IMG/VR virus record: IMGVR_UViG_3300033149_002206
Source: a virus
Direction: 5' to 3' (one strand)
Length of the DNA: 43,881 nt
The position numbers were made by a program, and so were the translations under genes. The notes under the pieces are model-generated. The model was not told where the DNA came from, did not search any database, and was given only the letters and a program-made list of their open reading frames with translations. Every line of letters begins with the position of its first letter. The first letter of the stretch is position 1. Positions 23,217 through 31,800 of the stretch are shown in pieces.

Positions 23217-23386
23217 AAGCCTACGCACTCAAAAAAGGACGGAAATATTGGAGTGGCGAAGAATGGGGGGACGAGTATGTATCTTTAACTGGTGCTCATC
23301 TATTTAAGAACAAGAAAGATGCAGAATTTTTTACTAAGATAGGCGACAAGGTTGTCAAAGTAGAAATTCACGAGGTGAAAGAATGA
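23213..23386 (+). CDS. Hypothetical 57-aa protein
   Basis: SD AAGGAG. ATGA-coupled to both neighbouring genes. Below the track cutoff. Confidence 0.45.
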   Translation: MKAYALKKGRKYWSGEEWGDEYVSLTGAHLFKNKKDAEFFTKIGDKVVKVEIHEVKE

Positions 23387-23643
23387 TAGGCTGGATAGTA
23401 CTATTTTTCTGGATTGGCGTTGGGATTATAGACTTGATATTAGTCGTTTTACACGAAGAGACTATAAGCCAGCGGGTTCAGGCTCTAATGCCGACGTGGT
23501 TAGATATGATTATCTTTATCTCTGGCTGTATACTTATGTTTCATTTGTGGTCTGATGAAATGGTTACGGTAGATAAGATAATTACGTTAGTGGTATGGTC
23601 GCATTTGCTTTGGCCCCAAAGGGAAAGATACAAAACGGATTGA
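23383..23643 (+). CDS. Three-TM small membrane protein (holin-like topology)
   Basis: 86 aa with three hydrophobic helices. Confidence 0.45.
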   Translation: MIGWIVLFFWIGVGIIDLILVVLHEETISQRVQALMPTWLDMIIFISGCILMFHLWSDEMVTVDKIITLVVWSHLLWPQRERYKTD

Positions 23644-23710
23644 CTTTTATTAACGGCTCTGACCCCGCACGAACGGATGCGTTGCGGGGCAGGGCAATTA
23701 GGAGCGAATA

Positions 23711-23860
23711 ATGATTTATGTACTTGCCTGTTTTTGGATGGCTATCGTACAAATTCCGTTTCTCTTTTTTGGCCCCTGGTGGATAAGGGCGATAACTATT
23801 ATATCGATAGGAATCTGTACATTTTTAGGCGGATTGATTTTATACGAAAACCGCAGATAG
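23711..23860 (+). CDS. 49-aa two-TM membrane protein
   Basis: MIYVLACFWMAIVQIPFLFFGPWWIRAITIISIGICTFLGGLILYENRR; SD AGGAGCG. Preferred over track ORF 23677..23895. Confidence 0.4.
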   Translation: MIYVLACFWMAIVQIPFLFFGPWWIRAITIISIGICTFLGGLILYENRR

Positions 23861-23879
23861 CGACAATAAGGAGCGTAAA

Positions 23880-24005
23880 ATGGACATTCAAATAATAGCA
23901 GAAGACGAATACTACGAGGAACACAAAGACCCCGATTTGAGCAATAAAGTCAGAGATATAGAGATAAAGGGCTTTAATCGAGATGAGCAAGATAATAACG
24001 AATAG
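23880..24005 (+). CDS. 41-aa acidic peptide
   Basis: SD AAGGAGCG 6 nt upstream of the ATG. Confidence 0.3.
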   Translation: MDIQIIAEDEYYEEHKDPDLSNKVRDIEIKGFNRDEQDNNE

Positions 24006-24309
24006 TCGTGGCGGGAGGCAGTCTGAAATATCAGGCCGAATAACCGAAGTACCGCCGTTAGCCTTGATTGAAGTCTCGAAGATTATGGGCGAAGGCTCAC
24101 GGGTCTATCCAAGAGAGTCGGACGGCACACCTAACTGGCATAGAATAGGCTGTGTGGAGAATTTAGACCACGGCCTACTGCATGCATTTAACTTTCTGGC
24201 CGAGCGGAACAAACATACAAGAGACTCTAATTATATGCTTGAAGAATTAGCCCACCATACGGCACGGGCAATGATGGCGTTAGAACAGTTTTTAAGAGGT
24301 GATTTATAA
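23983..24309 (+). CDS. dATP/dGTP diphosphohydrolase N-terminal-like (DUF5664/MazZ-like) protein
   Basis: PPLALIEVSKIMGEGSRVYP...NWHRIG...LDHGLLHAFNFL...LEELAHHTARAMMALE matches the P..AL..VA.V...GA.KY..NW..G...RH...HLAH...L pattern. Confidence 0.45.
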   Translation: MSKIITNSRGGRQSEISGRITEVPPLALIEVSKIMGEGSRVYPRESDGTPNWHRIGCVENLDHGLLHAFNFLAERNKHTRDSNYMLEELAHHTARAMMALEQFLRGDL

Positions 24310-24310
24310 A

Positions 24311-24577
24311 ATGAAGGAAAGTCAAAAGAAATGGATTTCTAAAATACCGCAGTCTTATCAGGCTAATTACAGAACGGCTATGTCTGGTAAGAGTAGGGCA
24401 AGTGCTATTAAGGCCAAGTGCTTGGATTGTATGTGCTGGCAAAGGGTAGAAGTAGCTAATTGTACTAATGACGCCTGTCCATTACATCCTTATCGACCTT
24501 ACCAAAGCAAATCTGGCGCAAGAACTCCCCGAAAATCAAGGACTTTAGAAAATAAAACGGATAGGGGGGTATTATGA
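24311..24577 (+). CDS. Small zinc-binding protein (IKAKCLDC...C...CPLHPYRP motif)
   Basis: 88 aa from ATG 24311, SD GAGGTGA. Confidence 0.5.
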   Translation: MKESQKKWISKIPQSYQANYRTAMSGKSRASAIKAKCLDCMCWQRVEVANCTNDACPLHPYRPYQSKSGARTPRKSRTLENKTDRGVL

Positions 24578-25008
24578 TAGTCTCTGCATATTTAGCTGCG
24601 CCAGTCAGGGGTTTATTAGGCGATGCTGTCGACCCGCAGGCCAAGGCGGAAAACGTTCGAGAAGGCTGTATATTGGGAGCTAATATCAGACTTGCGTTCC
24701 CGTCTTTGGATTTATACGTACCGCACGAACACGAAGAGATTATAGATGGACTCTGGCATAACGGGGTATCGAGTAAGTCGATTGTTCAAGTAAGCTGTGA
24801 AATCGTTATTAGAAGAGATTTACTCTTATTTTATACTGGTCGTGGTATTAGCTGTGGTATGGACGCCGAATATGACGCTGCCGAAGAAGCTGGTATTCCT
24901 ATTGTAGAGTTTGTCCAGTGGAATGACTGGGCGAGAGAGAGAATAGCACGAGTAATGAGTGATATAATAGCACTTAAAACAAGCGATAGAAAGGAAGAAA
25001 ATGTTTGA
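24574..25008 (+). CDS. Nucleoside 2-deoxyribosyltransferase / dNMP N-hydrolase-like (DUF4406-type) protein
   Basis: N-terminal AYLAAPVRG (compare YLAGPIRG) and C-terminal GISCGMDAEYDAAEEAGIPIVEF (compare S.G...E.G.A...G.PV). Confidence 0.45.
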   Translation: MIVSAYLAAPVRGLLGDAVDPQAKAENVREGCILGANIRLAFPSLDLYVPHEHEEIIDGLWHNGVSSKSIVQVSCEIVIRRDLLLFYTGRGISCGMDAEYDAAEEAGIPIVEFVQWNDWARERIARVMSDIIALKTSDRKEENV

Positions 25009-25372
25009 TTTTTTAGAAATAAAGAAAATGTTTGATTTTTTAGAGATGAATGGTACTTGGGAAGAACGAAGTGTCGCCCGTTATGAGAATGGTGAGATTA
25101 CAGTAGATACGTGTGCTGTTACCGATAGCACCAAACCATTCGAAACAGGCATTCAACATCCTTCTTATAATGATGGTGAGTGGATTATTGTAGAGGAATA
25201 CGACACCAAGGAACAAGCAGAAAGAGGCCACAAAAAGTGGGTTAAAATACTAACCTCAGACGAATTGCCTCGTGTTATCGAAGATAAAAGCACATCAAAT
25301 ATTCTTTTGTTTTCACAAGAAATATGTCCCTGCAAACTTGTTTACGAAAGGGGGGAAAATGGACACGGTTAA
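25001..25372 (+). CDS. Hypothetical protein (start region duplicated)
   Basis: 123 aa. A 23-bp block containing the SD and ATG is repeated 27 bp downstream, so 25028 is an alternative start. Confidence 0.5.
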   Translation: MFDFLEIKKMFDFLEMNGTWEERSVARYENGEITVDTCAVTDSTKPFETGIQHPSYNDGEWIIVEEYDTKEQAERGHKKWVKILTSDELPRVIEDKSTSNILLFSQEICPCKLVYERGENGHG

Positions 25373-25526
25373 AATTAAAGATATAGACGACTTGAGGTTG
25401 GCTATTGAGAATTTAATGATAGGTGCTGTGGCGTGTCTGGCTGATGATAATACCGATGTGGATGTTGTGGCATCTCATTTAGCCGATGCAATCATTCGAT
25501 TGATTGAATATAATGAAGTGTCATAA
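25359..25526 (+). CDS. Hypothetical 55-aa protein
   Basis: ATG 25359 with SD AAGGGGGG. Confidence 0.4.
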   Translation: MDTVKIKDIDDLRLAIENLMIGAVACLADDNTDVDVVASHLADAIIRLIEYNEVS

Positions 25527-25650
25527 ATGCTGGCGTCCTGCTAAAGTCAGTGTTAACGGTGTAATGTACTGCTGGACGCATTATAGACGACTTCGGGGCA
25601 AAAGAGAATTTGATAAAGATGAAATACCGAAAGATGAGATAAAAACCTGA
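25513..25650 (+). CDS. 45-aa zinc-ribbon-like peptide
   Basis: MKCHKCWRPAKVSVNGVMYCWTHY...; below the track cutoff. Confidence 0.35.
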   Translation: MKCHKCWRPAKVSVNGVMYCWTHYRRLRGKREFDKDEIPKDEIKT

Positions 25651-25675
25651 AGGTTTAAGTACGAAAGGATTCGTT

Positions 25676-26374
25676 ATGATACCGAACATTAGGACGATGT
25701 TAAAAACCAAAGAGGGTAGGGAACATTTGTTATGGTTATCGGAACACTATTGCAAGCACGGGCATCCGTATCTGAAGCATCCGAATTGTTATGTTAAAGA
25801 GCATCCCAATGGTGTTATTAAAGAGAAAATAGGATTTCTTGATATTGAGGCGTCTAACCTGAAGGGGGATTATGGGATAATGTTCTGCTACTGTATAGCC
25901 TGCTCGTGGTCAGATTATATCTATGAGTCTGTGGTAACGGCCAGACAGTTAAAGAAATATCTCGATAGAAAGGTCGTAGAGAATTGCTTGAGGGATATTG
26001 ACAGGTTTGATAGGATAGTAACTTGGTACGGCGGGGATAGGCATTTTGATATACCATTTATCCGTACCAGAGCATTGGATTTGGGATTGGATACCAAAGT
26101 CTTGCAATATAAGCATATCTGGCAGACGGATGGATTTAATATCTCGAAACGAAAATTAGCAATGAGTAGTAACAGATTAAAATCTGTGAGTAAAGTAGTA
26201 CTTGGTAAGTCTCAAAAGACTGAATTAGAACGAAAATACTGGATACAGGCGTGGCAGGGTGATAAGAAAGCCCTGAATTATATTCTGGAACACTGCCGTT
26301 ATGACGTTAAAGACTTAAAAAGAGTCTATGAGAAATTATGTAAGTTTGCGCCAGTAAGTAGAACATCTATTTAG
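25676..26374 (+). CDS. RNase H-fold 3'-5' exonuclease (DnaQ/PolB-exo-like, YprB-type)
   Basis: GFLDIEASNL (ExoI DxE), VTWYGGDRHFDIPFIRTR (ExoII), HCRYDVKDL (ExoIII). Confidence 0.65.
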   Translation: MIPNIRTMLKTKEGREHLLWLSEHYCKHGHPYLKHPNCYVKEHPNGVIKEKIGFLDIEASNLKGDYGIMFCYCIACSWSDYIYESVVTARQLKKYLDRKVVENCLRDIDRFDRIVTWYGGDRHFDIPFIRTRALDLGLDTKVLQYKHIWQTDGFNISKRKLAMSSNRLKSVSKVVLGKSQKTELERKYWIQAWQGDKKALNYILEHCRYDVKDLKRVYEKLCKFAPVSRTSI

Positions 26375-26519
26375 ATAAATCCTCTCGGATATAATCCTGA
26401 AGAGTCTTTATCTCTTCTCTTAACCGCTCAATCTTGCGCTTCAATCGGGCTTTCTGCGCCTCTGATATATCTAAAAGATTCTGAAGTTTTTCTGCTTTTT
26501 TCTGCCAGTTGACTTTCAT
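26367..26519 (-). CDS. 50-aa coiled-coil peptide, last gene of the late operon
   Basis: MKVNWQKKAEKLQNLLDISEAQKARLKRKIERLREEIKTLQDYIREDLSK; ATGA-coupled to the upstream gene. Confidence 0.35.
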   Translation of the reverse strand: MKVNWQKKAEKLQNLLDISEAQKARLKRKIERLREEIKTLQDYIREDLSK

Positions 26520-26758
26520 AATCTATGTACCAGTTCAACAGACTTAATGCATCCTTTGGGTATTACGTGGCGGTCTCTTGTACCTTTTGATACTGACGTT
26601 GAGAACCACAATAACTCTTTGTCCTCTTTTAAGAAAATGCCTAACGAGATACAATCTATATCAGGTCTCTGTTTGGCCTTCTCTGTTTCCATCCAGTGCG
26701 GGTCGTCTTCTGCGTCAATCCATTTGATTAAGATTATATCACCTTCCTTGTACTTCAT
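26516..26758 (-). CDS. Hypothetical protein
   Basis: 80 aa from ATG 26758 (ATGA overlap with the upstream stop). Confidence 0.45.
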   Translation of the reverse strand: MKYKEGDIILIKWIDAEDDPHWMETEKAKQRPDIDCISLGIFLKEDKELLWFSTSVSKGTRDRHVIPKGCIKSVELVHRL

Positions 26759-26973
26759 TTGAATAATCCGTATACGATTTTCACTATCAAAGCAGTGATA
26801 ATTCCCACAGTCCACTTCCAATAACTTTTCAGGCGACCAATATCTTTCTCAATAATGGCGGTGCGGGTCAATAAACCGTTGCCACTTAATTTCCTGTCTA
26901 TCTGGTCGAGTTTTTCATCGATTTTGTCAAAACGGTCTTTACATATCAAGTCGTACATTTCTTGTTCTGGCAT
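26755..26973 (-). CDS. Coiled-coil protein with C-terminal TM anchor (lysis candidate, holin/spanin-like)
   Basis: 72 aa with C-terminal WKWTVGIITALIVKIVYGLF. It occupies the position of T7 gp17.5, after the tail fiber. Confidence 0.35.
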   Translation of the reverse strand: MPEQEMYDLICKDRFDKIDEKLDQIDRKLSGNGLLTRTAIIEKDIGRLKSYWKWTVGIITALIVKIVYGLFK

Positions 26974-27119
26974 TGTTGCTCCTTTGGCTCTTTCACTTCT
27001 TCAATACTACGTAAAATTTCTGCTATACTATTCTGTACGGGAATGCCCCGTAACATTGCTATCTCAAAACATAACTGCTGAATTACCGCTTTGCCTTCCT
27101 TGTCTACTCTGATAATCAT
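26946..27119 (-). CDS. Hypothetical 57-aa protein
   Basis: MIIRVDKEGKAVIQQLCFEIAMLRGIPVQNSIAEILRSIEEVKEPKEQQCQNKKCTT; below the track cutoff. Confidence 0.35.
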   Translation of the reverse strand: MIIRVDKEGKAVIQQLCFEIAMLRGIPVQNSIAEILRSIEEVKEPKEQQCQNKKCTT

Positions 27120-27128
27120 TTTAGCACC

Positions 27129-27344
27129 TTAAATTAGTTTTCTGACTTCCTCTATTTCGTTAAGAAGCTCTTCTTTTTTCGTAGTTAAGACATTTATTTC
27201 AGCCTCAAGCTCCCTGATTTGTTCTTTTAATTCAGCAATAGTAAAATCAATATCAGCGTCAAAGGTTTTGCGAATTAGTCTTTGTTCACTATCAGGGCTA
27301 TCTTTTATGATTTTATAAGTTACCACGACGCTAAAGTCCTCCAC
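27129..27344 (-). CDS. Coiled-coil small protein
   Basis: 71 aa with a GTG start (alternative GTG at 27326). Confidence 0.45.
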   Translation of the reverse strand: MEDFSVVVTYKIIKDSPDSEQRLIRKTFDADIDFTIAELKEQIRELEAEINVLTTKKEELLNEIEEVRKLI

Positions 27345-28858
27345 GCACCATCACAATACATTTTTATTACCTTATCAGTAGCATTACAATATAGCTGGCC
27401 TTCTATTCCAGACGGGTCGCCTGTACCATCAATTCTCACCCTAAAAGCCAATACATTCTGGTCAAAATCGCCGTATATCAAAGGTGTAGAAGTATTAGTG
27501 GGGTCTATATACAATTTATAGCTTTGGGTTGTAAGATTAGTCTCGCCAGCATAAGAACCAATACAGATATTATAAGAACCCGTAGTAATATCTTCTCCTG
27601 CGTATGCACCAATGCAGGTATTCTTTGTTCCAGTAGTGGTAGCATAGCCAGAGCGCATTCCGATAAAAGTATTTTGGGAGACCGTACGCAAATACGCCCC
27701 TGATTTATAACCTACGCATACACTTTCAGACGGAGAGTAGTTGCCTCCAGACAAACCGCCACAAGACCTTGTTCCTATTGCTACATTGTAACTTCCAGAC
27801 CTGTTGTTATACATAGCACTATGGCCAAACGCCATATTATAATTACCAGTATTATTATAGTGCAAGGCTATTGCCCCCAGCGCAAAATTGTAATCTCCCG
27901 TAGTATTATAGTAGAGAGTTCTATATCCTATGCCCACGTTATAAAAAGATTTGTTATTTAACCCAGAGGTATTACCGTACCCAGATTGGTAGCCTATATA
28001 GACATTCTTATACCCTTTGCTATCAGCGTCATCGTTATGGTAACCCGCTTGGTATCCGATGAACACATTATAAGTACCCTCGTCATCGTTTGCCGCGCCA
28101 AGGCCTAAAAATAAATTGGTGTTACTTGAAGAGCCTGTAAATGTAGGAATTGCGGTCGTTCTTAAATCTTGGTCAATGTAGGTGTGGTCAGTGCCATCAC
28201 TGTTTATATGCGTATAGGCAGCGTCCCAATTAGTATTAGTAGCACCTGTTATAGCCCCACCTGATATTGTTGCCACTCCATCTGACAGAGAATTAGCGGT
28301 TAAATCACCAGAAGCATTTACGGTAAAATTACCCTGTGCAAATGAGGCCGAACCGTCATAACAGTTTATCCACGCCTTACCAGCATCAGTTTCGGAAGCC
28401 TGTGTATCGGTATCAAAGACTAACTGTTTGTTTTTATTCAAATAAAGATGACTATAGATACCCTCGCTGCTATTAGCGCCATAGAATCTTATAAACCCTC
28501 CACGGGTATCTCCGTTGGGAATCGTTCCAGAACCATAGAGTAAAATACCATAACCACTTGCCTGTCCCAAATTGACAGTCAAGCCTGTTCCAACATTAAC
28601 ATCTTCACTGGTGTAAAAGACACTGGATGCATTCGTCCAATCGATATGTTCGTTGGCGACATAGTCAGAGAAGTTATTGTGTCCTGCGCCGCCATTAGTT
28701 AAATCATAACCGCCCAAATCCCAGTTACCGCCCAGTGGACGTGAACCATCGGCCAGTAAATACTGGGTGTGGTCATCATCCAAAAGACCTGATAATGAGC
28801 CGTGGTCGAGAAGACCATTAAAGTAGTCTATATTGAATAATCTGCCAAATCGCAGCAT
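27320..28858 (-). CDS. Tail fiber/spike with YadA-head-like beta-helix repeats
   Basis: The N-terminus LSGLLDDDHTQYLLADGSRPLGGNWDLGG is typical of tail fibers. It carries about 12 repeats of the form N(V/T)xIGYxxGYxNTTGxxN. Confidence 0.8.
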   Translation of the reverse strand: MLRFGRLFNIDYFNGLLDHGSLSGLLDDDHTQYLLADGSRPLGGNWDLGGYDLTNGGAGHNNFSDYVANEHIDWTNASSVFYTSEDVNVGTGLTVNLGQASGYGILLYGSGTIPNGDTRGGFIRFYGANSSEGIYSHLYLNKNKQLVFDTDTQASETDAGKAWINCYDGSASFAQGNFTVNASGDLTANSLSDGVATISGGAITGATNTNWDAAYTHINSDGTDHTYIDQDLRTTAIPTFTGSSSNTNLFLGLGAANDDEGTYNVFIGYQAGYHNDDADSKGYKNVYIGYQSGYGNTSGLNNKSFYNVGIGYRTLYYNTTGDYNFALGAIALHYNNTGNYNMAFGHSAMYNNRSGSYNVAIGTRSCGGLSGGNYSPSESVCVGYKSGAYLRTVSQNTFIGMRSGYATTTGTKNTCIGAYAGEDITTGSYNICIGSYAGETNLTTQSYKLYIDPTNTSTPLIYGDFDQNVLAFRVRIDGTGDPSGIEGQLYCNATDKVIKMYCDGAWRTLASW

Positions 28859-28865
28859 TGTTAAT

Positions 28866-31800
28866 TTATTCCTTTTGCTTTACGTCTTGAACAAAAGCCT
28901 TTTTCAAATTCTTTGATAACCTTACCCACTCTCGTTGTAACTGCGTAAATTCCCTGGCCTCTGTTCTATTCTTAATTCGTTCCAAGACAGATTCGCTGGT
29001 AATTGAGAATTCAGGATAAGTGGCCTGCCAATTTCTTGCCTGTCTTTGTATTTTACTTAAAATCTTCTTGGCTTCCGCTGGCCATTTTGTATAATCATCT
29101 GGCAAGTCAGCAATACTACCAAGCTCAATCAAAGATAAGGCCAGCGAATCACAAACATCATCATAGTCCATTTTAATTTCTATCATAGCCTCTATAATCA
29201 TTCGCTGCCTGCTCTCTTCAACTGGTCGAAAACCGAAAGCCTTTTTCCATAAATCTACTACTTCAAGTTTATATCTTTTGCGCTGCCGTGTATCATAGGT
29301 AGATGTATCTTTTTGTAACGCTTTTACCAAAAACTGAAATTGTTTAATAGTAGGCGATGTCTCTGCTATGGATTTAAGCGCTCTGTTTGCCAGACCAACT
29401 TCTTTGGCCACTTCATCGCTGGCCATATCGGTAAATAATCTGACAATCTGCTGACCACTTGCACCCAAAATAGTATTACCTATCTTTTCTGGAATATTGC
29501 GGCCATACGGCACGTCTAATGGTGTCAAAGAGCCGCTCATATCCACGCCAAGTAAAGCAGGTATACCGTAGGCAATTGTGTCCGCTACGTCCTCGCCGTA
29601 CTCTTTTTTAATATAATCATATATCTTTTTGGTAACATAAGCACCAGCGCCAATTAAGCTAAGAGACGAGGTCAGAAGTCGTACACCGCCAAGCAGACCC
29701 AAAGCTGCCACCCATCTTGCTGCGCCTCCATAATTGCCCTCTCTGATGAGTCGAGAAAATAATTCTAAATTCTTTACTTGAAACCGCTTAAACTGCAAAA
29801 CCACACCGCCAATGGGGCCTCTCATCGCTCTCGGCACATCGCCACCTGTATAAGTGAATTGTGTAAATAACTGCCCCCTTAATATACCATATCGAGCAGC
29901 ATCAGCATCAGTATAACCCAACTTCGTCTTGGCGTAGTCAAACAACGAAAGAAATGCCACACCTTGGTTGCGGATTTCCGATGCACCCGCAGGGGTATAT
30001 CGCTCAAATTTTCTCCCCTTAATAGCCAATGTTTCGTGCAATTTACCAGAAATACCAGAAACATTATACTTTTTTAATAATTCCTGTCCCTCTTTTGAGT
30101 AATATAACTTGAAACCTTTGTATAAACCTTTTTCACCAACAACTGGCCATAAGGTCTGTAAGGGCTGGAGTGAGTTTAGAACATAAAACCTGCCCGTTTG
30201 CAGTTTTGTCCAGTATTGAAACGACTTGATAAGGCCAGCCCATCTCTCAAGAGCGAATGGCTTGACATAATCACCCAACACTGGTATTCGTTCCAGAAGT
30301 TGGTCAAGGGCTTTACTTGCTACGGAGCGTCTTGTCCCCCATATAAAATTTTTGGTATCTTCTAAATAATTAGCCCAGCCAGTTAGACCTTGCGCCCGGA
30401 CTTTTTCTATTAACGGTTCTACATCTTTATTCATTTGATTAAGATGTTTCCATCTTACAAACTGAGTGGTTTGTGCACTCCAGACCTTCCAAAAATCAGT
30501 AGAGAATCCACTTTTACCCGTTCGGAACATAAGGGCACCCCACCATTTTTGCTTTCTGGCCTTTGTAGATATAACACCTTTAAGGGCATCTGATATTTCC
30601 TGCGATGTCATATCTGCTGCTTCTTTGAGTTGCTTTCTTAATACACCATATTGCCCTTTTGATAATCGCAATACATCCAAGGGGATATTTATTTCTGGCG
30701 AAGCTGTAAGCTGTATTGTGTTATAATCTTTATAACCAGCAGCCTTTCGTGCATTTTTCCAATCTAATAGCTTTTGATATGCTTCAGCTCTTGTTTCCGC
30801 ACGACCTATAAAATGTTTTTCTGGCCCTTTCTCTCCCATCAAAGTGTAGAATAACTCGTACTGACCAAAGAAAATATGCTGGATATGACTCCATTGCCTA
30901 CCCCATTCATTGCTGATTTCCTTGTTTGCCAATTCTTCAGATAGTTCGGCCTTGGTTCTGTTAATTCTTTTTGTTTTACCTTGTTTTGTGATGGCTATAT
31001 CATTTTCCACCGCCATCCGCTGAAGTTCAGTCAGAGTCTTGTTGCGATATGCGGCAGCAGCCAGTTTCCTTTTCTGCTTAATAATTTCTTGTCGCACATT
31101 TTCGTCTTGAAGCTTGAAGTGCTTCAATACAACCTTTACTTTATCTGGTATATCCTTGGCTTGGTCGATTTCTTCTGGAGAAAAATGCTTATCCATTAAC
31201 TCGAAAAACTTTTTACCATTGTCTTTTTTGTATCCCCTTGGCAGTGATTTATAGATAGCTTGGTCATCGTGTAAAACAGCCCTTATTTCGTTATTCATTT
31301 TTATACCAGCCAAAGCCATCGTTTGGGTTGCTTTAATAATATCGAGATTTCCCGTATGACTGGCTTGATTAACTGGTGTTAAGATATAATTTTGTAATAT
31401 ACCAATATCTTTTTGAGAATACGGTACGTCTATATTGGGATGTTCTGCACCAATCTCATTTACTACACTTACAGGTGGTAATAGTGCAAAGCCAGAGGCA
31501 AGGCCTTTCCCCTTCTTTGGTGATGTCAAAAATGTTTGCTGTCCAACCAAGTCATTTTCGGCAACAATTCTTTCTCGCTCTTTGAGTGTTTTGTATTGTT
31601 CTTTATCAAGAAACTCCTGCTGTTTACCTTTTGCGCCCCCCTTTAATTCAACTCTCCCCAACAAATCTACTGACCGCTTGGGCGCAGGAGGAGTTTCACT
31701 GGTTATACCTTCGAGAAAATCGCTTATGTCTGCTTCTGAAATCTTGCTTTCTTCTTGGATTGCTCTGCGTTCTTCCGCCTCATAGCTTGCAGTATCAATG

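Noticed and set aside
23677-23895. 72-aa track ORF MRCGAGQLGANNDLCTC...
   Set aside because: It starts inside a GC-rich hairpin with no SD. The alternative frame gives a clean two-TM 49-aa protein with an AGGAGCG SD (23711..23860).
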